NCBI RefSeq assembly: GCF_902652985.1
Contig: NC_047025.1
Coordinates: 11,718,001-11,782,000 of the forward strand
Length of the DNA stretch: 64,000 bases
Source: Pecten maximus
Taxonomy: Eukaryota
Direction: 5' to 3'
Shown: one piece after another, positions 49,008-62,476 of the stretch
Position numbering within the stretch: position 1 is the first letter of the stretch
Layout: every line of letters begins with the position of its first letter
Notes under the pieces: model-generated
What the model saw: only the letters and a program-made list of their open reading frames with translations
Databases searched by the model: none
Told to the model about the DNA's origin: nothing
Position numbers and translations under genes: made by a program

Positions 49008-50242
49008 AATGAAGGAAAAAACACATCATTAATATCATTATTAGAGTTTTTCTTTGAAATTCCAAATTATGTTGACCCATGTTGATGAATACATGTAAAT
49101 ATAAAACCAAGTTAATTTCTATACAGAATCTTGTTGTGATGGTATGATATGCTATAATACACGAGCTTTGTTCCTATGACAGGTAGTCTCCATCAGGCCA
49201 CAAACCAATATCCGTGATATCTACTGTAGGTAAAGTTATCGAGAGGTTATATAATCTTATAATCATTTCAAGAGATGTTTTCTTTTCTATTAGCACACAT
49301 TTTCTGGTTTAATGTCAAGCCATCGTAAGACTTTAATCGCGTTTGACATAAGGGATTATTTGCGAAGTTTAAATCATATGGAATAATTGGAAAACCTTTG
49401 AATATGGTTCTGAAGTTTTGTATCTACTTTGGAAGACGATATACGGACTTTGTCCCAGAATCGATATCTACAAAAATCGTGACTTTCAAGCGCTCGATAT
49501 TTAATCCGAGGAGAAAAAGAGGGATTTTAAATTTAGCCTTTGTTTTTTTCCTTGAAGTGCATTTTTGTACATGTCTACGTCTGATTATCTTATATCAACT
49601 TAAATATATTTTATTATCAAACACAGAGACAAAGAAATCTGGCACAAGTTGTTAATCTGATTAAACGCCCTCTCCCGATACACAATAAAACAAATACAAC
49701 ATACAATGAAGCTAGACATTGTCAATTGTTTATACGCTGTACCTGTCTAATTTGAATCGTTTACTTAATTTCATGTAACGATACACGTGTCTGGAAATAC
49801 TCAAGTTTACATTCCCAGCATGCAGTTCCTCACCATACTATAGAACTTTCTATACATTAACTTTCAAATTTAGGAAATTGATCAAAAAAGTTCAACCCAC
49901 TATTTCTCATTATGATAACGGAGTTATATATAAACCGATAATTAAACTGTTTATTGCTTATGCAATGAAGTGATGATTGTCCGGGTTGGTATTCCTGGGA
50001 TCATTTCGTTAAATCACGATGCCTCACGCCTTCACTTTATTTTTTTCTGATTTTCTGATAAGAGACCGAGCGATTGTAGAACATTACATATATGATATCT
50101 ATTAAAATTGAACTAATTACCACAGGCATCCCTTAAGCACCATTGATTTGACACTTCATAGTAAAGGGCCCTACTTGTCACTACTTACCTATAAGTACAA
50201 CTAACATTACATGGATATTTTCTTTACATGCATGAATATATA

Positions 50243-51092
50243 TACACAGGCAAAAGTTCTTTATGCCAATTCAGCACAAATTCAGGTCAATTCCAGGTCA
50301 GTATTTTCAGTTCAATTAAGCATTGAACTGCTTTTGTATGGTATTTATGATCTATTTGAATGCCAGAGCTTTGTAAGCAAACAAATCATAATGTGCTAAC
50401 GCCGCACATTATGATTTGTTTGCTTACAAAGCTCTGGCATTCAAATAGATCATAAATACCATACAAAAACAGTTCAACGCTTATATTTACATTCATTTTA
50501 CTTTTTTGATTTTTAAATGCTATAATTCATATCTAAAATTCATAATTCCCGCCTTATCGACAGTTAGCAGATTTTTTGTCAGTCGTTGGAACAGCCGGAA
50601 CATGGTCGCGTGTTTTTTGGCAAACAAAATAGAACATGGAATTTTTTTTTTTTAAACTTCAATTTTGTTCATCATTTTATTATCAACGTAATGCGCAAAT
50701 GGCATATTTTTCATAAATAATGTAGACAAAATAATTAGTTGTTAAACTTAATCATCCTGGATATTGTAGTTTCGGTTTGTGTTGTATTAATACGCTGATA
50801 AATGTAGCGCGTGATGGGTGGCATTTAAACGTACATCAACGCCAGAGCTCTCAAACAGACTATATAGTGACAATGCCAGACAAATGTAAATATATTGACC
50901 TGAAAACAGCAGATTAGTCAATTCATGTCAAGAAATTTACCTGATTTTGACCTGAAATTTACCTGAAAATTTCTTCATGTGGAGTTGACATCAATTCCGG
51001 TCGTTTTCTGGTCGTTTTCTGGTCAATTTCAGGTCAATTTCAAGTCAATATTGTTTCAGGTCAAATTGACCTCAAGACATTATGCCTGTGTA
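50243..51092. mobile_element. MITE-like element (tacacaggca TIRs, internal ttcaggtcaa repeats) with a nested hairpin-containing insertion
   Basis: TIRs at 50243-50252 and 51083-51092; ~80 bp-arm hairpin at 50317-50483. Confidence 0.6.
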
Positions 51093-53333
51093 TATCATTC
51101 TTCATGCAGAACTGAATCACGTTGTGGAGGTAATAATTATAGCCATGCTAGTATTTTGTTGTTGAGTTTTTACTGACCATATTTCTGTGAGGATCAGGGA
51201 CAATGTTGTTAATCAAATGTTTGCACTGGCATGGTTACGTGTAAGTACTATATCTGGATATAAAGAATGACTGACACAAGCGCTATCTTATTACACTGTA
51301 ATAAACTCGAACAGTAGGTGACACTACACAAGAAAATACCCTGCAGTGCGGCGTTAAAGGTATGTATCCGGTATTTATAATTTGCTTTATTGAGTTTATC
51401 TTATCATCTTTTTGTTATGTATACCACCAGTTAGCATACGTACATTGTAGTATTCGGTTAATGGCGCTATGAACGGTTAGCATGTTACCCAGGGTAAAAT
51501 TGAGAACAAGACAGGGATTTGACTTACACTGCTTGATTTACATGACCGGACGTCAAGAAAGAAATTCTCAGCTTCCTGTTTTATCCGTACACGTCAAAAT
51601 CATCAACTTTGAATTAAAAGTTGACGTGAGGATTTTGTCTTTATTTTGATTGTTTACCACGTGTGACCTCATAAGACATCATAGAACAAAGTGCTAGTTG
51701 TTTTCACAAAAAGTCGATACCCAAATCTGACATATCAATATGTTGAGTCAACAGTCACTGTTTCCTTAACTACCCAGAAAGCATCCAACTTTGTATCTGA
51801 TCTGCATTTCTGATAAAGATAAACAATTATCAAGATTATTTTTTTAATTTTCATATGATTCATGAAAAGTAAGAAGACAGGTTCGGGTATTTTTTTCTGA
51901 AATGCAATTCTTTTATTGATTTCTTAAACTTGAATAGATCTACAAGTGTAAAATAATACCAGTAATAAAATAATCGTAACCTAACAATGCTTCAACATGA
52001 CTCCATTGACAACAAGGTATAGGTGGGTGACCTGCATATGGCGCTGTAAGAAAGACAATACACGTGATAAGAAAAACTACATGTAATTCACTCCAGTATT
52101 AAAGCATATAATGGCACGTGTCCGCCACTTATCCCTGAGACATTTTTTTCCTTATAGAGGATGTATATTGGTACAATGAAATCGAAAACGGAACGAATTA
52201 TTACATACCAAGTAAGGGTTTCAATTTAAAACTTCTTCTACCACAATAGGTGGGCGTTAGTCAACTCCCAAGGCAAGAAATAATCCTTACAACTGTTGAA
52301 TAACATTCAGTCTATACCACGCATGGAATAAACTCTAAATGCGTTTTGATTTATTGATACGGTGACCTTTGAGAGGGCATATTTTAAATCACGTGGTTCA
52401 TTGCGTTTTCACGGGGTCCCGGAAATGATAACGCACAAGAAGTAGTTCACAGTTGTTTTTGTCATAAGAAAATGAAAATATATGTTTATTTCTATCAATT
52501 TGATTGTTTTTAAAAAATTATTGCTTATTATTTGTTATGATTGATTATACCTTTTGATATTTTTATACATTTCCGAAATTGTCAGTTTTTTCATATTGAT
52601 AAGCGGCATTTCACTTTAGGCCATATTCTTACGCCTCACGTGATATTGTGGGGAAACAAACACGAAGAAAAACAGGTCAATTCATCCTCAGAATAGCTTT
52701 TCTATTGTGGTAGAAACAGGTCACACAAACTCATGGCTGTTGCATATGATTTGCATATTATAGTTTGCCTCTCTCGTTAGTTATATTTCCAAAGTAACAC
52801 AAAACACTCGCTAGCGATCTTTTTTTAACGTTTGAAAAAAAACTAACTCAGTGAAAGATACCATATACAACTACTCGTTGTTTAACCACTATCCCAAATA
52901 TAATGGCCATTATTGCATTTGTTGAAATCTTCAGATATGCGACTACAGTCTGCAGAAATGTTACTAGGGGACAATAAGGCGTTCGAAAGATCTAAACATG
53001 TCAGTATGATTTCATTCTTCTGAAGTATAAATACTTACACGACGTTCTCGAGATATTCCGTTGGTCGAAAGCAACGGTAAACAACATGGCTTCGCTCACC
53101 AAGAAACCTCAACGAATTCATAATTTAACAAACGTGTGCTGTCCGTTTGGTTTTTGCTTCATCGTACGAGAGAGAGACAGTGACGCCAACAGCGTCGTAA
53201 AAAATAGTTTGAAAACGTTATATATAATCAAATTGATTGGATAATCATTTAAATAATGAAAGACGGGTTGTTTTAAATGTTTATTTGTTTATTGTTTCGA
53301 TTTCTGCTTTTGTTTCAGTTCTTCTTGCAAACA

Positions 53334-55480
53334 ATAAATCCTTAAGATTCAAAAACAGGACTTCGATCATTAGTGTTAGTGTCCGTCAGTACGCTTGTAG
53401 TCGGTACCACTCCATGTTTCTATGGATATTCAGTATGAACCATAGAAAATTCAACACTTCCGGAGTTATGCTAACAGGCATAAATTGTGTTTGTTACACT
53501 CAGCCTCTTTGGAAGATAAACGAGTTACATCCATTGGATGTGGATTACACGACAATTAGGGGATCGTCTGTAGTAATGGGCGATATGATATCAAATCGAA
53601 GCTGGAACATAAAGTTGGATACCTGGAGGCCCTTCTAGATAACATGTTAGAACCAACGTTTGGTTTATGTTGACTTAAGTGGGAACAAAATAAAGGAAAT
53701 AGGAAACATATCGTGTCTGACTAAATTAGATACATTAGATTTGAGTGAGAACCAACTGTCCTATATCTACAATAATACATTCCGAGGTCTGGTGTCACTG
53801 CGCAATTTAAACTTGGCAAATAACAAAATAAGCTACATACAACCCTATGCTTGGTCTCATCAAACGTCTTCTATACTTAACATTCAGCTACAGGGCAATG
53901 ATCTGTCAGGCGTTGACATCACGAATGTCATCATCAATCGACCTTTTTGTAACCTTGATTACCGAAATAACCACATCAAAAATATCGTCAACGAAGCTGG
54001 ATGGACATTGACGACAGACCATGGAATCGTAAAGGGTGGTTTTGTCGACCTGACTGAAAACAGCACGTCTGGAATCATAGACTTTCTACATCTAGGTGTC
54101 TCTGACCTAAAAGTTTTGGGAAAGGTGTTGTTTTCATACATGTATGTGGTTGAGATGCGTGATGCTCATTTTAAATGTGACTGTGAAATAGAGCCATTCG
54201 TTCGAATGGTTGAATCTAACTTTCAATATATATGGAGATCATACTATGAACTGATTAAGTGTTTTTATCCGGAAGAACTTAAAAATCAATTTTCTAACCT
54301 CGTGCGGGGTAAACAGTTAGATTTGTTTATATATGATATACCACAAACTAAAGGTTGTCCTTACGATTGTAATTGCTATAAACAGCGAAGCAGAGATCGC
54401 GTGGTCGTAAATTGCTCAGGGCATGAACTTGATAAAATGCCTGAAAAAGTGCTCAGAAAAGCTTTTCCTTTTGAGATACAAATGTATATCTAGACAATAA
54501 CAGTATATCCAGCTTAGAGTGGCGAGGATACCTTAACCAAACACGGAAGTTAGTCTTATCCAACAACTTCTATAACTACGATTGAGGGACGCGCTGTTAA
54601 TCAACCACAGAATGCAACAGAAGTAAACTTACGGGGAAACACAGGAATCAAGGATCTACCTGAAGATATACGTTACTTGAAACCAAGCATTTTCATTTTT
54701 GGAGAACTTACAATTAACTGCAATTGTAGCAATACATGGTATGGAGATTGGATAAAAATGCATGAGAATGAAAAAGGACACAACATGTTTTGGTGCCACA
54801 CTGAAAACAACGATAAGGAGGCTGCTGAGGTTGTAACAAAAGAGCTCCTAGATTGTAGTAAACCGTCGATGCTGCCAAAATGGATTACGGTTTCTCTTGC
54901 AATACTGAAACCTCTTCTATTGGGCATAGCTTTAATCGCTAAGGTATTTAAGTACGAAATTTACCTGTTGTTTCGAACTCTCAGAAACAAATATAATACA
55001 TACCCAGATATGTATTATGATGTTTATATATCATATTATGAAACAACTGACGAGATAAATAAGTGGATCATGAATGGATTACTTCCAGCACTGGAACAGG
55101 ACGGTTACCGTGTTTGTATCCCAGCTAGATATTTTAATGTAGGTGTTCCGTAGAAGAGGATATCGTTCATTTCCTGGTACGGAGTAAATTTGTTTTGATA
55201 TTTTTTTCCAAAAATGAGAAAAATATATATTGGGACTTAGAATGAAAGCGTGCATGGTATTCATATACTTCGTATAAAATCCACAACATCATCCTTATCA
55301 ATTTCGACAAGTTTGAATACTATTCCCTGACCCATCCTGTCCTATGGGCCTTCATTCGTCTTGGAAATCAGTCATTGATTCAAAATATCATGAAAATACT
55401 AGAGCAAGGATTCGCCTTGAAAACGAATTTTCTAACTGCAACACACGATTTAATTGTAACAAATGCTAATGAATCGTTGA
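53334..55480 (+). pseudogene. Toll-like receptor copy E, full-length pseudogene
   Basis: Colinear with copy D but has ATG>ATA (53334), TAA at 53343, a deletion in the Cys cap (~53472), frameshifts (~53577, ~54480, ~54570), TAG at 55151 and a deletion in TIR. Confidence 0.92.
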
Positions 55481-57529
55481 CTAGTTTGTTTTCCTCAAAA
55501 CCATCACTAACATCATTATCATAATTTTGCTTTGATCCATGTTGATAAATCATGTGAATTTGAACCCAAACTGATTTTTTAAATGTATTGAAGAGATATA
55601 TCAGTTACATAATAATTGAATTGAGTATCACCATCCACAAGTTAAAGCTAAGTGAACCCTGTTGTTTGGACGATAATATATGGTGTAAAGTACAAATATA
55701 CCTTTTGTTTGTAAGCCACTGAAATTACTTGTGTATGTCACTATTTATTTCTATTAAACAACTATATAGGAAACCAGGAGAAGTTATGGTCATTTTCAAA
55801 AGGAATCAAAGTTAGTCTCCTTCGAAGCACACACAAATATCCTTATCATCTACTGAGGTAAAGTTTTGAGAGGGTTATAAAAATGATTTTATTATTATTT
55901 CATGAGAAGTTTTATTTTTATTTGATGTTAAATGACATACCATCTTAATGTCAACAACTAGCTGAACTTTACTTGACACTTGAGGAAGGAAACAAAGTTA
56001 TTTTTTTTAGATTTCCGTGACTTTAAAATATTCTAATCGGGTTTGACATTAAGGTTGATATATTTGCAAAGGTGAAATCATATGGAACAACAGGAAAACA
56101 TTTGAATTAGTTTATAGATCGCATGTCACAGAAATCAAATAGTTCTCATTGTTGACTCAATTTCACTCCCATATTTGTCAAAGTAGTAGTACCACAGGGT
56201 TCTATTCTTCGTCCATTACTTTTTGAAATTGATGTGAATCATTTTGCTGGTGTTTGTCGTATCTACGTTTCGTCTTTGTATCGTCTAGACTTTGTCTTGA
56301 AATCGAAACTTAGAAAAGTTATGACTTTTAAAAGCTAAATACTTAATCCGAGAAAAACAGAGGGTTCTGTCAATTTAATTGTAGCTTTTTCTTTAATTTA
56401 CCGAAACACAGTCGTTATGTGATATTATATTTGCGAATATAAATATAAATTGAAACAACCAGATATAGGGAAAATATATCTAGTTCTAAATATGTGGATA
56501 TGTCGAAGTCAAAATGTTTTGCATAAAAGTGAGTAACATTTAACATTTAAAAAATACAAGAGATCTCTTGTTAATCAAAATTGGGCTAGTTACCACAGAT
56601 GTATCCTAAACATCATCGATTTTACACTTCAGAAAGGGGTATCCTGGTCACTTCTTGGAACGCTTATAATTACTTCTAACATTCCATGGTTTTTTCTCTT
56701 TAGAACTGAATTACGTAGTCGTGCTAAAAATCATAGCAGGCCAAACCACCCTACTAGAGTTTTACCGACCATGTTTCGGTAAAAGATAACGTAGTTTATG
56801 AAATGTTTGCTCTGGCACGCGGTTACGTGTAGCTAATAAATATTCGGAAATAAACAATAGATGATCTCGGGTCTGTATCGGTATAATAAAACGTTTAAAG
56901 TATGGAATTGAGGGATATAAATCGTTTCTGATGTCACTCGACCATACATTGTACCTACTTCCCTTGGCTTCGCCTCGAGAAGTAGATCTGGTCTCGGGAA
57001 ACCAGAAGCTTGCTATATCCCTCTACCCCATACTTAAACTGTATATTCAATAGAACAATTTTTGAATCTTTAAAATAATATCAGATTTTCTCAGGTATTT
57101 TTTCTTAAATCCATGTCTTCTTTATTCTTAAAATTGGATGCATGTTTAAAATGACATCATTTATAACAATGGTGACCTAACAATGCTTTCAACATTACCA
57201 CAATGACATGTGTGTCTAGGTGGGTGACCTGAATATCGCGGTATAACAATGACACCTGTGATAAAAATTATGGTTCATGCAGGTAAAACATGTCTTTGCA
57301 TAGGCACGCTTCTGTCTGCCAGTTGTCTGTGAAACATTTGTCATTAGTGGGGTTTTTTTCGTACTAGAAATATATGTACATACTCGACAAAAACAGGCTC
57401 TTATAACGTTTCCCCTGTAGAACACATTAGCATGTAATGATATCGGGCAAAACAGTATAGATGCTCTTTTTTGACAACCTGTCCTAAAATTAGCCAAGCG
57501 TTTCTACGATCTCTTCTGTCCAGTGGACA

Positions 57530-57790
57530 GAGCCCTAGAAAGACCCGCTGTATCCCAATACATGTTTGTCGTAGAAGCCCATGCTATTAAACGTGGAGTC
57601 TCTAAAGATTAGAGGATTTTCTTGTGTCCTCTATTTAGAGGACATTGAAGAGACCAAAATAGATCTGTCCTTGGGATTTTAAATCTTTGCTTACTTTCCT
57701 CACTGTGGTTTCTTTATGTGCTTTGTTTTCCTCTGTAGGTGTTGCCCTGGTTGTTACGAAGACGTTAAACCCCTAAAATAAACCAAACCT
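57530..57790 (+). mobile_element. Decayed SINE (second family) with aaacc tail
   Basis: 3' end gacgttaaacccctaaaataaaccaaacc resembles the tail of the SINEs at 35.9 and 42.5 kb; body differs. Confidence 0.5.
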
Positions 57791-59324
57791 TGTCCTTTGA
57801 TATTGATGTCAAATTTTGTTCAAACTAAACGATCATAATTGTATTAATTGTATAACTAAATGACGCGTTTCTATTTTGTTGGTATATATCATGCTGCCTG
57901 TCTAGAAAACGCTAATATTCCATATCAGTATATCTACCTGTCAATATCCTGCTTTGTAGGAAACAGCAAGGTCATCCCCCTTTACTAGCAGGTGATAGTA
58001 TTATCCGCCATGTATGTGACCTCTTATTGCACACAATAGTGTGTCTCAGTTTGTGAATAAAATCTATGAAATCTTTGAAATCAAGCTACAGGTAAAGTTT
58101 TGAGAGGCGCATTATTATTATAAACATGTTAATAAATATTTAATTAGTAATTATCTTTTCTAGGAGCACAAGTCTGGTTTTCTGCCATGTTAATCTACTG
58201 TTTATCAACTGTTTATTATTTTTGTGAAATATCAAAAGTTTTTGATCAAAAGCATTTTGTGTTATTGAAAAACCTTTAATTGTACTCAATATCTGGAAAC
58301 CTTTTTTTTTTAAAGATTTTCTCAGTCAAAGAAATCAGAAGGTTTTTTATATCTGACTCTCTTTCACTCCCCGCTGTTATCAAAGCTGGAAACTACAAGG
58401 TTCTATTCTTGGCCCATTCGTTTTTTTAAAAAATAGAAATGATATTGCCGATAGTGTTTGTCGATCTTTTGCCGAGTACACTTCTATCTTAATGTCTTCT
58501 AGTCTTTGTTACGACATCACCACGTTGGTGACTGTCATCAGTTTGATATTGTTTCCGGGAAAAACAAAGGTTCCATTAAATACTTATTCCTTAAACTTGA
58601 ATGGTGATAGAGCTTAATTTTAGTTTCAGAATTGCACTTTTAAGATTTGCTAATACTCATAAACATATGCTTTTTGTTTGGTTTAAATTAACTGAAATTA
58701 CGTTTTGTATATAAACACAAATTCAAACAAACAGGTCAGAAAACGCCGTCAAAAAAGCCTCCTCTGAATATGTCTACATCTTTAAAAAAAAAAAAAAAAA
58801 AAAAAAAGAGTGTTGATGGTACCTTATGTATCATCATCAATCAGTGTCTGCCGTTTTCTTAAATAAATGGATGGAGAAAAAATGCAAGAGAAAGCTTGAA
58901 TTAAAATTGCCCTCAGTCTATAAACATACATCGATACATACATGAATTGAATTGCTTTACATTTATCAAAAAGTTACACGATACATATGTCCCGTTGTCA
59001 AAATGGTATGATATATATATACTCCCCGCTATATATACTTCTAGAGTTTGAAAAGAGGATGGGATTAATGAATGGAATTCTGAAAAAAACACACATTAAT
59101 TTTGTCCATGATATTGATGATGATTCAGTCAAACATATCACTAATTTAGGTTATAACTGTTGTAATATACATTAAGTACGTGTATTGCCTGCTGCTAAAC
59201 CTCACTTGGCACTTATGTTAAACTGCATAATGTAAAGAGGCAGAAACAGTTGCTTCCAAGAAACTCTAAGTAAGGTTTGATTTTAATTGTAAAATTACTA
59301 GAAAAGATACCGACGGTGTAAAGC

Positions 59325-59699
59325 AATCTAATTAAAATCTAGATGGCCATTCTCACCAGTTACATGAACATCTAACAACATCCCATATGGGGTCACGTTC
59401 TGATAACCTTTGAGATATGTATTTCAGTGCGAATCGTCAATTTGTCGAAGTCATCGACGCAAACCATTTCGTCACAGTATGCATCTGAACTATATGCTTT
59501 CTGGGACGAAATGACTTGAAACAAATTGACAGATTATGCAAGCTATGAACTCTAGTCATGCTAAATGCACTTCCAAGATTCTGGAAGTAGTCATTTGATT
59601 GGCGAATTCAAAAGGTCACCCCGACGTGACCCGTTATGGGATGTTGGTAGATGTTCATGTAACGTAGTGAGAATGACCATCTAGATTTTAATTAGATTG
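59325..59699. mobile_element. MITE with ~75 bp imperfect TIRs
   Basis: caatctaattaaaatctagatggccattctcac... is mirrored by ...gtgagaatgaccatctagattttaattagattg. Confidence 0.75.
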
Positions 59700-62476
59700 G
59701 GTTTAAAGTTCGACGGCATCGAAACGAGTATTTTCATAGTAAATATAAAGAATCTGAAAAAAAACTTATAAATATGAATTGAAGTCATATGAATAAAAGA
59801 GTTAAAACTTTAAGATATGATGTTCGAATGAAAAAAGTTATAAAAAGTAAAAATCAAAGAGGTTATTGGAAGCTTCTGAAAGATAATAGGAAAAGAAGGG
59901 GACAATACCTATAGCTTTCTATGCTTTCTTCAATCTTTGTCAATGCCTCGATACAAGTGTTGATGGTCATACTGATGTACATGTAGGTTTAAGTGACGCT
60001 GTTATTCATTTATTTATTTATTTATTTGTGTCATATGGTCGAAAAAAGCAATTAGGTCACTGATGACAATATTATAAATAAATACATCAAACATTCAATT
60101 GAAAAAAAAAAAGACCGATTTGTGTGTAAAAAATATTTAACACCTCCGTATTTTCAATAGTGGCAGTTTTCAGCAAAATAGCTTATAGGTAGTATCGTTC
60201 TATTTTATAAAAAAAAAAAGGCTCACCGACGGAACTTAAAAGGACGTAGAAACAATATAACTTTTTTTTTATTTGATTATGAGGTAATAACTTAAATACG
60301 TGGATAACTTATCCTATTTGGGCACGATTATTTATTAAGAAAAGTAGACAACACAAATTAACTTATACGGTTCAATTGTCAAACCATTTTTTTCTGTATG
60401 GATGTGAGGTTTGGGATTTCACCTGCCTCAAATACATTTAGTATTATTAAGTTTAATGAACTGATGAATGCAACTAATTGATATTAAAACGCCAATGAAA
60501 ATATTTGCTCTTATAAGAATAATTAATGTTCAACACCTTTTTTTTCCTTGATACAAATGTAATATCCAGCTGCGGTGATGATGTAACCTAAATATGTAGA
60601 GGCATTCAAATGTCATAAATTGTGATCGTTAAAATTAACGAATGGAATACACGTAAGCTGGGCATGTTATTACCGAGTCAAAAATCTGAATAAATTTCAA
60701 GTGCAGTCACACTTAAAATTCAACGTTATGAAACCTTATCAAGCCACGCCCCTATTTGCACTTTATATGTTACTTCCGGTAAACAAGTTCTGAAAGAAAC
60801 GTTGATAATCCAGAAATAATGATATCCACTCTATTTTGTAATATTTTCAAATCATATTTTATTCATTTTTCTGTCAAAAGATACACATATAATACATAAA
60901 GGGGCTTATCATATAGTTACGTAAGTGATTTATTTTGTCTAGGTCCTAAGCGACATCCGGCTGGGCAATTGTAAACACTAGTCACTGTCACGCTGAACAG
61001 CACGTGTCCAGTACGTTGCATAACTTTATGTCCTGACGATTGATAAAAAAGGATCGTTTTCAACGAATTTTCAGCTCATAACATCAAACAGAGGGATTGC
61101 ATTCGTTCAACATCGATATATCTGTGAGTATAAATTGTAACACAGCTGGTTTACAAGTGATGTGGTAGCCTATAGCTATATATGATTCATGTGACAGTAG
61201 GCCTAGGCCTAACCAGAGACGTGCCTAACGAGATCTAAATTTTACAGTGGGTAATCTCTAGCAGTCCATGTGCTTGTATGCATGCACACGTACATTGTGT
61301 ATATGGATATATTGATAGTTAATTCAATTTATATGTACCAGTTTATAATTACGATATATAGATTTAGTTTCAATTCAATCACATGAATCAGAGCTGATGT
61401 ACATCAGACTTGTATATCGGGTCTCTGATGTTATTATTAGGACCGGAGGATACTCGGGCTGGAATTGGACATTCTATTAATAGAAAATAGCAGCATATCA
61501 TGCACCTATGTATATATTTACATGTTCATAAACAGATAAATGGACATTTATGTACGTGTGTGCTGCTAGCCTGAGTTTCCTCTGGTCACCAGACATGGTC
61601 AGCTGATCATCGATGGAGTCGGGGCCAGAGGAAACTCGGGCTAGTGTTTTGCTATCTTTATAAGTATAATATATATGTGTATGAAACGTCCGATTCCTGT
61701 GTTAATTTCGAACTCAAGAAGCGCCTGCGGAACAATATTAGATTGTAATAAAAGTACTTTTGGTCTACATGTATATACTAGTCTATATATAGATACAGGG
61801 CATGTTATCTGATGTGACTGTTATATCTATATATGGTCACAAGGAAACGGCAATCCTACTTACTGTGTATGTATACAGTACCTGATATAAGAAAGGGACA
61901 GAGTTCACAAGTATGTAAACAGATATTTACTCAGTTTGACCGAGTCAAAGTTTAATCCTCAATCCCCATGTGTCATCTCCACATTTGGGTCATAGTTTTA
62001 TTTTCCTACGGAATATAGCTGCTACAAGTGATAACATTTCCCTTTTGTGGAAAATGTACGTAATGTCTTGGCCTTTAATTTGTTATCAATATTTTAAATA
62101 CTGGATCAATTATAAAATAATAAAAAAACAATAATACCCTCAAGCTTAATAGAACAATTTGGTACAGGGTACACAATATATTCAAAATGATTTTCTCCTT
62201 GAACCATAGGTTGCTGGTTCAAACCCCAGCATAAGCAGGATATATATGTGTGTGTGTAATTGGAAGTAGTAGAAATTTAAAGAAAATATAAACATGTATA
62301 TATTGGATGATAAAAGTCTTCCAACAAAAGTTTAGACTTTTTGGTACATGGTACACAGTAATTCAAAATGTGAATATATTATATATGCATGCATATGGAC
62401 TGTTTGGCTTAATGGCACAGAATTTCTTGATTTTTCTTTTTCTTTTCAGAGGAACAATTCAAATTCACTCTTCAAC

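Noticed and set aside
53660-54493. Stand-alone 277 aa LRR protein gene
   Set aside because: It is an internal open segment of pseudogene E beginning at a TTG, without signal peptide or start context
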